A stretch of 40,171 nucleotides of DNA, from UHGV virus genome UHGV-0154679; one strand, given 5' to 3'. The stretch is from a virus. This document shows positions 17,779 through 30,532 of this stretch, piece by piece; within the stretch, counting starts at the first letter, position 1, and each line of letters begins with the position of its first letter. The notes beneath the pieces were generated by a model, which saw only the letters and a list, made by a program, of their open reading frames with translations, ran no database searches and had not been told where the DNA came from. A program made the translations under genes and the position numbers.

Positions 17779-18027
17779 TTAATCAGCATTCAGGAGCAAT
17801 GCGTTATCTATGATGATCTGCTCCCATTCTTCGAATGCCCGATCGCGGACGCCCTGGGGAACACTGTTAGTTTTGAAATCGACGACCGTACGCCATTTCC
17901 CGTCCGGACGGTACATGCGCAGAGCTTTACTTCCCCCTTCCCTGCGCACCTCAACGTTATGCTTGTCAGCAAACTCTTGTAATGCTCGTAGCGTCCCATG
18001 CTTTACTGTGTAGTATCGCTTTTTCAA
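17779..18027 (-). CDS. Small protein at the lxc/bof position (82 aa)
   Basis: 82-aa ORF downstream of darB and its 146-aa neighbour; ATGA-coupled; name by synteny and size only. Confidence 0.4.
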   Translation of the reverse strand: MKKRYYTVKHGTLRALQEFADKHNVEVRREGGSKALRMYRPDGKWRTVVDFKTNSVPQGVRDRAFEEWEQIIIDNALLLNAD

Positions 18028-18464
18028 GTTTTCTCTCCAGCCTGTGCCAAGGCTTCAACTTCCAAATCGTAAGACTCAAACTCATAGTCCTGGTCGTCAA
18101 CTTCTTCAGGCACTGGCAGTAAATGCCAGGCTGAGTATATCTGACCATTATCAAAACGCTCCTGGCTGTAGAGCGTCGCGGCTATGAGTGTTAGCGCCGG
18201 GCGGTCATAACGGTAAATTTTGCGAACGTCACGGTCAACGAGACGACCGAAATTACCATAACCGCGCTCCAGTAATAATTTTTTAATTTCCGGCCAGTAT
18301 GGACCATAGCTGCGGTACAGGCGGGGATTTTTCAGTAATCGCCCGCGTAGCCCTGACAGGAAGAAATCAACGTATTCGTCTTCTGTCTTTCCTAACAACG
18401 CTGTACGGAGTACCGCCTCAAGATATGTTTTATTCGGTTTTATTGTATCAGATAGTGTGGCCAT
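18024..18464 (-). CDS. Protein at the ulx position downstream of darB (146 aa)
   Basis: Minus-strand ORF between darB and the 82-aa ORF; name by synteny only. Confidence 0.4.
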   Translation of the reverse strand: MATLSDTIKPNKTYLEAVLRTALLGKTEDEYVDFFLSGLRGRLLKNPRLYRSYGPYWPEIKKLLLERGYGNFGRLVDRDVRKIYRYDRPALTLIAATLYSQERFDNGQIYSAWHLLPVPEEVDDQDYEFESYDLEVEALAQAGEKT

Positions 18465-18497
18465 ATTATGCGACGCCCGGCGAACCGGGCGCTCCTG

Positions 18498-21400
18498 TTA
18501 TGCGTATTGTTGGATGACGGCCAGAACGTCCGCCACGTTGTGTTTTGTCTCGATAATCCACCAGTTACCCGGGAAATCGCTGTTCTTCGCCTTCGCTGGC
18601 AGCCAGCGAGCGCCGAATTTCGCCTTGATTGCGTCTTTCGCACGGAAAAGAACGCCTTTCATGCCTGAGGCTTCCTGAAGCCCAAATACCTCGCCAGCGG
18701 CGAATTTTGGTGCGTACATCATCTTCAGGTCGGCGGTGGATACGCGATAATTCAGACCAAGAGACTGAGCTATGCTGGTGGCATCACCCTGTATTGATGA
18801 TAACTCTTCTTGTTTCTCGTTTCTGGCGGCAATCTCTTCCTCCGTGATGTTGCCAAGGGCCAGGTTTATCCGATCAGCGTCGGCCTGTTTCTCTTCATCG
18901 GTGCGCCCGGCAAGAACCGTGTTAATTCTCTGCAATATCTCCACATGATTCTTGCGCATGCTGAGCAATTCCGGCGTAACCTCGTTAAGATCCACCAGCC
19001 CAAGGATGGCAAGGTCGGAAAACATTGATACCAGGTTGTAGGTCATGCGATAGCTGAGTTGACCATAGGCTGATGGCAACTTCACCGCATCCATTTGATA
19101 GGCATCCATAAATTTAGAGCCGTCGTTTACGATATCCGCTATTGCAGGTGTGATTTTCCCTGTGGTGGCGGCCTCCCTGATTGCTGTTACCCACGATTGA
19201 GTCAGCGCGGCGACTGCATGATTCAGATTGGCTTCCCGTTCTGCTGCGATGCGCGCGCTTGCTGCGTCCATTGCCTGCTTGATCTCGGCTTTATTGCTGT
19301 AAATGCCAATGGTGCCAAACTGTGCTGTGGTGATCTCATAATCTGACGCCCGGAACTCATTGGTACCGAAAATGGCATTGGTGACTTCAAGTTCAGAATC
19401 CCCGTTACGAGTAGCCCCCTGGCTTGTTTTTTCCGGCATTCTGGCGATCGCATCCGCTATTTTCTCCTGAATTGCTTCAGGGGATAGCGTATCTCCGTAT
19501 GACGCGATTACATCGCCATAATTGGAGCCAAACAATTCAACCAGGAATGTTTCTGCCGAACGGATCTGGCGGTTATTCCCTTCCGACATCATACCAAGCA
19601 CCCATTTTGCAATTGACGACTTCAGCGCGCCGTCACGGCGATCCGGGTAAACCGCATGCTTCAGTGGGTCCGTATAGGTACCAACAAAATCAATGCTATA
19701 GCCTGACTCTGTAGTCTGAACGCCGTACGAGTCAGTGATTTTGATCATGCCGCGCTGCTGGAAACGGTAGAAATCGTCACAGGAAATGATGTCGTTAATC
19801 CCGGCGATGGAGACGCCACCACTGATTTTCTGCATAACAGCATCTTCATCGGGAGTTACATCCACCTGTTTATCCAGCGTCTTCACATCCCAGTTACCCG
19901 ATTTGGTGCCTTTGAAGGTAAAGATGATCTCCACGTCTGCGCGCTGGCTGTCGAAGTCCAGCGACTTAATGCGAACGATATCACCGGCACAATCGTAGTA
20001 TTGGCCTACACGCCATGAGCGATCGCCGATAACAAGGAACTCATTCGCATGGTTAACCAGATCAGGATCAACATCCAGAATGCCTTTATTTATTGCATCC
20101 TCCACCAGCGGGCGCAGGCGTTTGATATCCGTCGCGGCCTTCTGAGTACGGTTCAATAATTTCTCATAGCGGGAGATGGCTTGAGAGATATTAGCCTTGC
20201 GCTGAATGGCGTTTTTCAACGACGCGCGATACTGTGCTAACAACATACGGTCTGTGTGATGGACGCTCCCCCAGCGGGCCTTCCAGTCTGCGTTATCAGC
20301 TGCTTTGGCCATTACCGCCTGTTTGAATTTAGCTACCTCGGCGGTGGTCTTTTCAAGTTCCGCTTTGCTTCGCTCTAATTCAGCGGTAAGTACCTCCACA
20401 TCCTCGCCAGCTGCGTGCTGCGCCTTGATGTAGTTCTGAAGGTCGATAGTAGCCTGTTCTTTCTGGCGAGCGCATTGCGCGGCTTTCGCCTTATCCATTT
20501 GAACCTGCATCATTGCCAGACGTTCGCCATCATCCTTAGCGGTATACATCTGCATTTCGATCATATCGTTGGCGTCGGCGTTCTCCATTTCTGACTTATC
20601 TGAACGGAGGATATCGGAGATCCAGCCTGCTTTACGCTTCAGCGTCTTCAGTCGGTATTCATCGAAAGAACCCTTGCCGCAGTAGTAATGAACGCGAACG
20701 CTTGCACGGTTGGAGCCAACTCGGGCACCGCGACCGTTACGCTGTGCGATACTGGCTGGTGTCCATGGCAACGTCAGATGATGGATGTCAGTCGTTCCTC
20801 GATGCAGGTTGATACCCACCTCTGCCTTTTTGTTGCAGATGATGATCGGAGTCCGGCCCTCCTGGAAGTCGGCAGCAATCTTTTCCAGCCCACCCAGCGA
20901 CATTTCATTTTGCTGCGCGATATAGGCGTCATACAGAGCCATTTGCTCGTTGTATTTCGCTATCTGTGCATCTGTTGGTTCATCCGGTAGCTCTTTCGGT
21001 GGTTTAACCGCTTTCAGTTTCTTACCGGTTTTACCTGCCTCGGCAACCGTCTGAGCATTCAGGATACCCACCTTTGAAGGTTCAAGGTTAAGAGCATTGC
21101 AGATAATGCGCTTGAGCTTCTGGTGCTGCGTTTTTTCATCGGTGAAGATGATTTGCTTACCTTCCGGGAAAAACTCCTTCAGCGTGGCGATCAGCTTCGC
21201 GTATTTGGGTGTAACGGGGTGAGTTACGGTCTGTTCGTCAATGCCAAACTTGGCCAGGCGCTTATTCACTTCCTGCTCAAATGCTTCCGGTACCTGCAAC
21301 TGAATAAACTCGCCCTTATCTATCAGGGAGTATTGCGATTGCTGCGTGATCGAATCATCACTGTCGTCGTCTTCGCTGGTGGCTTGTTTAGGCAAACTGT

Positions 21401-24400
21401 CCGCCAGCTGCTGCACCGCATCGGCGTACTCCGGCAGGAAACGATAGGTGATCCTGCGATAGTACAGGTCCATGTCAGTACATACGCGGTCCATATCCCT
21501 GATTATTGAGAAGATCGGACGGGCTTTCTCGTGCTCAATCACGCCGTCTTCATTGACCGAGGTCGTTACGCCATTGTTGGCTTTGGCTGCCGCTTCCGCC
21601 TGCTGACGCAATTCTTCATACGCCGCCAGTTGTTCTTCAGTAAGTGGTGCATCCTGCTGGTGTTCGTCCAGTTCCGGGATCTCCACGGTATCCTTAACGT
21701 CTTCCGCCGTTTTAAGCGTTGTCCAGCGATGGAATATGCCGCGCAGCGCATCAAGGTTTTCAAAGCCCACCAGCGCCATTTTTTCTTCAACTTCACCGCT
21801 GATTTTCTGTACCGTTTCCAGCCTGGTCTTGCCGAAGAATTTAACGAAGTCATCAGGACCGTAGATCCCCATCTTCTGCCAGTATTCTTTCGGCAGAACA
21901 TGAGAAAGCATGTTGTATGCATCGATCGGGGTGTTAACGACTGGCGTTGCAGTCAGGAGAACCGGTCCGCGCCCGCCATTCTTTTTCATCAGGTACGCGT
22001 TTTTGATTGCCATATCTCGCGCCGATTGCGCCACCGCGCTGGTGGGCAGATAGGCCAGCTGTGACGCTTCGCGACCATTTTTATAGCTATTGCGGTAGTT
22101 GTGGCCTTCGTCGGCGATCACGCTGTCGAAGCCCATATCCTCAAAGTACGGATACTTCTCTGCTTTTTCGGTACCGGTATCTGAATACTCCGACAATACC
22201 CGGCGACGCGCCGCCTCTTTGCGATGGGAATCGGAATCCATTGCGCTGGCCACACGTCCGGCAGCAACGAAGTCATAAAGCATGTCTTGTGCATGCTCAT
22301 CTACGGTGTCATCACGTAGCGGAATGCGGGCGTATTGTTCTTTGGTAAACACGACTGCACGGTAATTTGAGTGCGGGATCGCATTCATCCGCGCCGTGAT
22401 AGTGGCTTCATCTGCCAGCTTAAGAGCATCGCGCATAACTGGAGTGCCATCAGTACCAAGAACAGGTTTACCGTTCTCATCGAGCACCGGCACCTGGCGA
22501 ATCTGATCGCCATCCATCAGCACATCAAGACCGACGAACAAGTAGTTACTGAATGCCTCTTCACTCAGGAATTCTTTAGCTTCGTAATACCAATTTTCCA
22601 GCACTGATTTAGGCACTACATAAGCAGTACGGGTGGAGCGACCGTTCTCATAGTTGAACGCCTCAAGCGCCAGCGCGGTCGTGGTTTTACCCAGCCCGGT
22701 GCCGAAGCCCAGGATGCCGCGCCCATCTTCGGACAGTCGGCGCACCTCGCTATTCTGGTAATCAAATGGCTGGCGCTTACCGCTTAATCCCTTCAACCCA
22801 AGCGGATCGCCAGAGTGTTCAAACGGGATATTGCTATTGAACACATCGTTGTATTTGGCAACCAGCTCATCGTAGCGATCGTGCGTCTTGATCCACTTAT
22901 TGAACTGGTCCTCAAGCAGTGCCATCTGCTCGCGGTAGCCGTTCGCCGTCGCGCTATCTTTGCCACCGATACGCGCACCATTGAGATACTTTTCCAGCTG
23001 TGCCGGGAACCCGGTCGCGTTTTCACCTGATTTACGGTCCCACTCGTAGCGGATCTCGCCTGTTTCTTTATCCTTGCGCTGGACGACACCGTATCGGTGC
23101 CCGACGAACAGGCCATCACCACCGTGATAGGTGTCAGAAACCATTTCGTCGCCTTCCAGCTGCACTGACTGCACATAGCGCAGATCCGGATAGCCGTTTT
23201 CCTGCAAAAACTCCAGAATGACGGAACGGTCGAACCAACGGCTATTGAGCTTAAACCGGATATTCTCTGCTGGCGTCTTGATGCGCTTCTCTTCGATCGC
23301 TGCCAGCTGATTAAGGACGTTGTTCTTTACTGGACCGTCGGGGAGCGTGGCGAGGAATTCCTGTTTTGGAGCCACTATCTCGTTAATGTCGCCGCTGGTG
23401 GCGCGGGCGAACGGAACAATCCCGCCATACGGTGAAACCGCAATACCAGGAGTGCTGGCCAATAAATTAAGCAACTCTTCATCACTGGCTGGCAATTCGC
23501 CGGTAAACGCAAGGCGGAAATCATCGCTATAGAGATAACGCAGGGTGTCCTGATAGCTGGTGGAGTCATAACTGGCGCTGGAATCATGCGTAACCAGCTT
23601 TCCTGTCAGCTCGTCAGAAATAGTGCCATCCAGCTTAATTGCACCACGGAAAGCAAACCAGGCGCGCGCACCGCTTCCCGATAATTTAGCTATCGGACCG
23701 CGACCAGGGTTACCAAAACGGTCAATCTCTGCCTGCAAACGGGATACCAGAGAAAGGCGCTGCTGTTCGATTTGTTCAGCACTATGCCCGGCGGCCTTCA
23801 TATCCTGATATTCAATTAACATCCGGCCAATCATCGCCCCACGATACAAGCGTTCACGGTATTTTTCAGGCTGGCTGTTAATCCAGTCCACCAGCTGCAC
23901 CATATCGTCGCTGATTGATGTGGTGTACTTATCGCGGACATTTGCCATCTGGGTAAATGTCATACCGAGACGGCCTTCTGTTGTAGTCAGGTTACGCTGA
24001 AGAGCCTCCCAGCTATCCGCGCCATAACTGGCAGCATCAATTTTAAGTTCCTTCCCGGCATCAGCTTCAATCCAGCGACCACCAGCATATTTTTGCCATA
24101 CGCCATTAATCAGGCGCATTTCCCCTTCACCAACAACGTCTGCGGTCAGTGACGGTTCAGCCATATCGAGCAAAGACCAGTCGATACGGCTTTCGAAACG
24201 ATGAATCAGCTTCGCTTTAAGAGCCTGGTTATCAATCTGACCGTCGGCACGAACCTCAATACGCCCCTGGAAGCCCTTTTCCTGGGTGCCATGAACAAAC
24301 CGGCGGCCATCCTTTTCAAACCACTTGCCAGAAATAAACGTTGGCCAAAGCACATTTGCCGATTCAAGAGTGCTTTCATCCACCAGGGGGATTTTCTCAG

Positions 24401-25238
24401 CCATCTCTGCCGGATGTTTGCGCATCAGCACCACATCAACGACTGTACTGGTCCCGTTTGCGTCAAAAGTACCGGTAGGCAAGCGGTGGGCACCAAGAAA
24501 TTCAGCTTTCCGTGATAGGCGCAGGCGTAACCGCTTCATGTTTGAACCTGAAACAATGGACGGCGGCACAATCACGCACATGAATCCGCCTGGCTTTATC
24601 TTGTCCAGCATGCGGAGCATGAAGTAAGAACCCATGTCCGTTTCTTCTGCGTAAGGCTTATCGATGTTGCGTGTGTTATCACGACCGCCGAACGGAACGT
24701 TACCCACAACATGGTCGAATGAATCGTTAGGCGTGCTTATAGCCAGCTGTTCGAACGGGGAAATCTGTACGCTGTCTTCCGGGTGTAACAACTGGTTTAT
24801 ACGACCGGAAACACTGCTGATCTCAGTCGCGGTCATCACCGTACCAACCGGTTTTGTCTCATTAAAAACGCCGGTTCCCGCCGATGGTTCCAGAGTGTTA
24901 CCTACGTCCGCGCCGTAGAGCTTCATGATCTCCCAGACACCTTCAGCGATCGGCTTTGGTGTGTAATATTCGGAGACGGACCCGCCAATGCCGCCTTCAC
25001 CGGTGTACCCAGCCAGGATCTGGCGCTGTTCATCTGTCAGTGTCGCGCCGTCCACCAGCGAATTAAGCAAATCTATCGCCTTCTGATTCGCCTCCCGGCG
25101 TAGTCGGTCATAGCTTTTGCCTTCCACCTTTTCCACGCCGTATCTAATCGGCGCTCGGTGAGATGTTATTGCCCTAATGTATTTCAATATTTCGCTGACA
25201 CTTGAACAGCGAAACACCCCCATAGATAGCTTGTTCAT
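18498..25238 (-). CDS. darB: DarB, injected antirestriction protein (methyltransferase plus helicase, 2246 aa)
   Basis: N-terminal adenine-methyltransferase-like motifs (GNVPFGG) and a central SF2 helicase core (GTGLGKTTTAL, VIADEGHNYRN, LLTATPVVNT); size close to P1 DarB. Confidence 0.9.
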   Translation of the reverse strand: MNKLSMGVFRCSSVSEILKYIRAITSHRAPIRYGVEKVEGKSYDRLRREANQKAIDLLNSLVDGATLTDEQRQILAGYTGEGGIGGSVSEYYTPKPIAEGVWEIMKLYGADVGNTLEPSAGTGVFNETKPVGTVMTATEISSVSGRINQLLHPEDSVQISPFEQLAISTPNDSFDHVVGNVPFGGRDNTRNIDKPYAEETDMGSYFMLRMLDKIKPGGFMCVIVPPSIVSGSNMKRLRLRLSRKAEFLGAHRLPTGTFDANGTSTVVDVVLMRKHPAEMAEKIPLVDESTLESANVLWPTFISGKWFEKDGRRFVHGTQEKGFQGRIEVRADGQIDNQALKAKLIHRFESRIDWSLLDMAEPSLTADVVGEGEMRLINGVWQKYAGGRWIEADAGKELKIDAASYGADSWEALQRNLTTTEGRLGMTFTQMANVRDKYTTSISDDMVQLVDWINSQPEKYRERLYRGAMIGRMLIEYQDMKAAGHSAEQIEQQRLSLVSRLQAEIDRFGNPGRGPIAKLSGSGARAWFAFRGAIKLDGTISDELTGKLVTHDSSASYDSTSYQDTLRYLYSDDFRLAFTGELPASDEELLNLLASTPGIAVSPYGGIVPFARATSGDINEIVAPKQEFLATLPDGPVKNNVLNQLAAIEEKRIKTPAENIRFKLNSRWFDRSVILEFLQENGYPDLRYVQSVQLEGDEMVSDTYHGGDGLFVGHRYGVVQRKDKETGEIRYEWDRKSGENATGFPAQLEKYLNGARIGGKDSATANGYREQMALLEDQFNKWIKTHDRYDELVAKYNDVFNSNIPFEHSGDPLGLKGLSGKRQPFDYQNSEVRRLSEDGRGILGFGTGLGKTTTALALEAFNYENGRSTRTAYVVPKSVLENWYYEAKEFLSEEAFSNYLFVGLDVLMDGDQIRQVPVLDENGKPVLGTDGTPVMRDALKLADEATITARMNAIPHSNYRAVVFTKEQYARIPLRDDTVDEHAQDMLYDFVAAGRVASAMDSDSHRKEAARRRVLSEYSDTGTEKAEKYPYFEDMGFDSVIADEGHNYRNSYKNGREASQLAYLPTSAVAQSARDMAIKNAYLMKKNGGRGPVLLTATPVVNTPIDAYNMLSHVLPKEYWQKMGIYGPDDFVKFFGKTRLETVQKISGEVEEKMALVGFENLDALRGIFHRWTTLKTAEDVKDTVEIPELDEHQQDAPLTEEQLAAYEELRQQAEAAAKANNGVTTSVNEDGVIEHEKARPIFSIIRDMDRVCTDMDLYYRRITYRFLPEYADAVQQLADSLPKQATSEDDDSDDSITQQSQYSLIDKGEFIQLQVPEAFEQEVNKRLAKFGIDEQTVTHPVTPKYAKLIATLKEFFPEGKQIIFTDEKTQHQKLKRIICNALNLEPSKVGILNAQTVAEAGKTGKKLKAVKPPKELPDEPTDAQIAKYNEQMALYDAYIAQQNEMSLGGLEKIAADFQEGRTPIIICNKKAEVGINLHRGTTDIHHLTLPWTPASIAQRNGRGARVGSNRASVRVHYYCGKGSFDEYRLKTLKRKAGWISDILRSDKSEMENADANDMIEMQMYTAKDDGERLAMMQVQMDKAKAAQCARQKEQATIDLQNYIKAQHAAGEDVEVLTAELERSKAELEKTTAEVAKFKQAVMAKAADNADWKARWGSVHHTDRMLLAQYRASLKNAIQRKANISQAISRYEKLLNRTQKAATDIKRLRPLVEDAINKGILDVDPDLVNHANEFLVIGDRSWRVGQYYDCAGDIVRIKSLDFDSQRADVEIIFTFKGTKSGNWDVKTLDKQVDVTPDEDAVMQKISGGVSIAGINDIISCDDFYRFQQRGMIKITDSYGVQTTESGYSIDFVGTYTDPLKHAVYPDRRDGALKSSIAKWVLGMMSEGNNRQIRSAETFLVELFGSNYGDVIASYGDTLSPEAIQEKIADAIARMPEKTSQGATRNGDSELEVTNAIFGTNEFRASDYEITTAQFGTIGIYSNKAEIKQAMDAASARIAAEREANLNHAVAALTQSWVTAIREAATTGKITPAIADIVNDGSKFMDAYQMDAVKLPSAYGQLSYRMTYNLVSMFSDLAILGLVDLNEVTPELLSMRKNHVEILQRINTVLAGRTDEEKQADADRINLALGNITEEEIAARNEKQEELSSIQGDATSIAQSLGLNYRVSTADLKMMYAPKFAAGEVFGLQEASGMKGVLFRAKDAIKAKFGARWLPAKAKNSDFPGNWWIIETKHNVADVLAVIQQYA

Positions 25239-25304
25239 TGGTAATCCTTAACAAGTGACTAGTGTTAAATTCCGTTCAAACACGATGCGAATTATTCTAA
25301 TTAA

Positions 25305-28035
<2,731 letters not shown>

Positions 28036-28048
28036 CCATCAAAAATAA

Positions 28049-28066
28049 CCCCGGCGGCTGCCGGGG
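28049..28066. terminator. Hairpin CCCCGGC-GGCT-GCCGGGG between convergent transcription units
   Basis: 7-bp GC stem flanked by an A-run upstream and TTCTCGTT downstream. Confidence 0.45.
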
Positions 28067-28079
28067 TTCTCGTTAACTA

Positions 28080-28334
28080 TTATCGCCTTCGTCTGCGTGC
28101 CATATATTTTCGCACCGCGCGACGTGGGCAATCTGAAGCGGTTTCTTTCTGCTGCATCAATCTTGCAGCCATGCTCAAAAATGTCAGGCACAGCCGAAGC
28201 CCGGCATATAATAGCGGTTCCAGTGGCCACGTCTCATTGAGCACATATACCGCCATGAAAATCGAGTCGAAAACTATCGCCGCCAGCGATAACTTCATTG
28301 TCGAAAGTCGGCGGAGCTGCCGGAGTTTATTCAT
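28080..28334 (-). CDS. Possible small membrane protein downstream of lyz (84 aa)
   Basis: Start overlaps the lyz stop by 8 nt; hydrophobic segment LSLAAIVFDSIFMAVYVL; Arg-rich C-terminus. Confidence 0.3.
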   Translation of the reverse strand: MNKLRQLRRLSTMKLSLAAIVFDSIFMAVYVLNETWPLEPLLYAGLRLCLTFLSMAARLMQQKETASDCPRRAVRKYMARRRRR

Positions 28335-28884
28335 TGACCAGTCCCGTCAGGCAAAGCTGGCGTTCTTTTTCACGGCGAATCTTTAAACCTCGCAGGGGCA
28401 CGCCGTTACTGTTCACGAAATCAGGGAGATGGTTACACATATTCACCCATTCTCCTTTCTGCGCCCACTTGTGGATGGACGTTTCTACTCGCATGCCTCG
28501 CGCTTTGCTGTAGTAGGTCCGTAAACTATTGCATCCCATATTGAATGCCGCGCTTGTCATTGCGCTAAAGGCATTATCGGGCATGTCTTTGCCCCGGAAG
28601 TGCTGGTTAATACAGCGTTCAGCGATCAGGATATTCTTTTCCCAATCAGCGGCGATTTGCTGGTCGGTTTTTCGCACGCCCGGCGTTACCCCGTGTGTAT
28701 TACCAATCCCGTCAGTCCATACACCCGCCGGGCACATGTATGGGTCACGTCGGCAACCTTCAGCGTTTCCGATAAGCTCAAGCCCCGCCTGGTTGGTTCG
28801 CACATTGCCATTACCCATCACGATGGTAATCATCACCGCGATAGCGCAAATTGCACCGCCTCCTGCGGCTGTTTTTCCCTTCAT
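28327..28884 (-). CDS. lyz: Lyz, SAR endolysin (T4-lysozyme family, 185 aa)
   Basis: N-terminal Gly/Ala-rich SAR segment MKGKTAAGGGAICAIAVMITIVMG followed by a lysozyme-like catalytic region; 185 aa. Confidence 0.9.
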   Translation of the reverse strand: MKGKTAAGGGAICAIAVMITIVMGNGNVRTNQAGLELIGNAEGCRRDPYMCPAGVWTDGIGNTHGVTPGVRKTDQQIAADWEKNILIAERCINQHFRGKDMPDNAFSAMTSAAFNMGCNSLRTYYSKARGMRVETSIHKWAQKGEWVNMCNHLPDFVNSNGVPLRGLKIRREKERQLCLTGLVNE

Positions 28885-29016
28885 AAAGACCTCATAAGCG
28901 AATTTTTACGCTCCAGGACAAACACCCATTCACAGCCAATACCGACTGACTCGATCCCTTTAGAAGACACAGGATAATGCAAATCACTTGTTAGCTACGT
29001 TTCAAAGATATACATT

Positions 29017-29033
29017 ATTGCTCTAATTAATTT
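29017..29033 (+). promoter_or_regulatory. C1 operator-like 17-mer ATTGCTCTAATTAATTT in the lyz/ssb divergent region
   Basis: 15/17 match to the recalled consensus, 20 nt upstream of the ssb start. Confidence 0.6.
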
Positions 29034-29052
29034 ATTTTATTAGGTAAGATAA

Positions 29053-29541
29053 GTGGCACAACGCGGTGTAAACAAAGTCATCCTGATTGGTACCCTGGGG
29101 CAAGACCCGGAGATCAGGTATATACCAAATGGCGGCGCGGTCGGAAGACTCAGCATCGCAACGAATGAATCATGGCGCGACAAGCAAACGGGCCAACAGA
29201 AAGAGCAAACAGAATGGCATAAAGTCGTTTTGTTCGGAAAACTTGCTGAAATTGCGAGTGAGTATTTACGAAAAGGTTCTCAGGTCTACATCGAAGGGAA
29301 ACTTAAAACCCGTAAGTGGACAGATGACGCCGGTGTAGAACGTTACACGACGGAAATTATCGTCAGCCAGGGCGGCACCATGCAAATGATCGGCGCTCGC
29401 CGCGACGATTCACAGTCCTCAAATGGCTGGGGGCAGTCAAACCAACCTCAAAACCACCAGCAATACAGCGGTGGTGGCAAACCTCAGAGCAGCGCCAATA
29501 ACGAACCTCCAATGGACTTTGAAGACGATATTCCGTTTTAG
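29053..29541 (+). CDS. ssb: Single-stranded DNA-binding protein (162 aa)
   Basis: Strong similarity to E. coli SSB ([27 protein letters not shown]...[29 protein letters not shown]) with Gly/Gln-rich tail ending DDIPF; GTG start. Confidence 0.95.
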   Translation: MAQRGVNKVILIGTLGQDPEIRYIPNGGAVGRLSIATNESWRDKQTGQQKEQTEWHKVVLFGKLAEIASEYLRKGSQVYIEGKLKTRKWTDDAGVERYTTEIIVSQGGTMQMIGARRDDSQSSNGWGQSNQPQNHQQYSGGGKPQSSANNEPPMDFEDDIPF

Positions 29542-29743
29542 AGTTTATGAGTAAAAAACGACTGAAAGAAAAGCGGTGGTCCAAACGCCAACAAAAGCAC
29601 GAACTCGCTAAAAAACGCCAAAGTTGGCAATGGAACGCGTTTTTAACGAACAGAACACCCCGAGATATTGCTTTCGCTGGTGGGAAAACATTCCTGACCC
29701 ACCTGAAGGCGCAATACATCAGTTTTTAAGCAGAGAAAAGACT

Positions 29744-30532
29744 ATGGCAGCACAAAATACTAAAACAATTCAATACCGCCTGCGTAATGGCCAGAGTGTC
29801 GAAGTGACCATCAATAATGATGGTGTACCTGGCGAAAAGGTTTCTATCTCCGATCTGGCTATCGAAAAAACCATCATGTGCCACCTTGGCTTTACTGAAG
29901 AAGTGAGCAAAAAGCATGGTGTAGCAATCTGGAGCGCAATGGATACTGGTATGCGCAAATTCATTACTGCTCGTACCCCAGGGATGACCATGATGGACCT
30001 CATGCAGATTGCGCCGCTGTTTGAATGTGAGCCTTTAGATGTATTCAGCAATCCAGCTATCTGCCAGCAGTTATATGGTGAGATGAAACTCGCGGTTACC
30101 CCCATTGTGCTGCATGAAGGATCGCTTGCTGGCGTGTGGAAAGTGGAGCGTATTTCAAGCTACATGCCTTTCCATGTCAACGGCGTAATCACTGGTGAAA
30201 ATCAACCTGTTTCCGTTATAAAGTCAGACCTCAAGCGCGCAATTCTTGAAGCAAGTTGTCGAGTTGTCGGCCTGGGCAAACAGTCTTATGTTTCCTTCCC
30301 GGCTGGCCCTGAAGGCCCGGCAGAAATTCTGATTATGGATGCCGATCTGCTATGGCAAATACAGTTTCTGATTGGCAAAAGCATCATCCGCGCTGAAGAA
30401 CTCGATCAGTACATTACCTGCACGATGACGGATGAAGTCAAAAGTGTGGCTATAGCCAATGCCCGGAACCTATGTCGTGCTGCATTAACAGAACTGCAAG
30501 AAAACACCACGGAAGAGGTGGAAAGTGATTAA
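29744..30532 (+). CDS. Hypothetical protein (262 aa), upstream partner of the PacB paralogue
   Basis: ATG 29744 (the track ORF extends to 29624, a TTG start); stop overlaps the GTG start of the next gene. Confidence 0.5.
   Translation: MAAQNTKTIQYRLRNGQSVEVTINNDGVPGEKVSISDLAIEKTIMCHLGFTEEVSKKHGVAIWSAMDTGMRKFITARTPGMTMMDLMQIAPLFECEPLDVFSNPAICQQLYGEMKLAVTPIVLHEGSLAGVWKVERISSYMPFHVNGVITGENQPVSVIKSDLKRAILEASCRVVGLGKQSYVSFPAGPEGPAEILIMDADLLWQIQFLIGKSIIRAEELDQYITCTMTDEVKSVAIANARNLCRAALTELQENTTEEVESD

Noticed and set aside
18629-25238. Many track ORFs of 60-180 aa on the plus strand inside darB (for example 21123-21509, 21531-22064, 22007-22348).
   Set aside because: They lie antisense to a 2246-aa ORF with clear methyltransferase and helicase motifs, and have no SD or operon context; treated as frame artefacts.
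29547-29729. 60-aa highly basic ORF immediately after ssb.
   Set aside because: Lys/Arg-rich low-complexity translation with no clear SD; could be real, but I could not support it.
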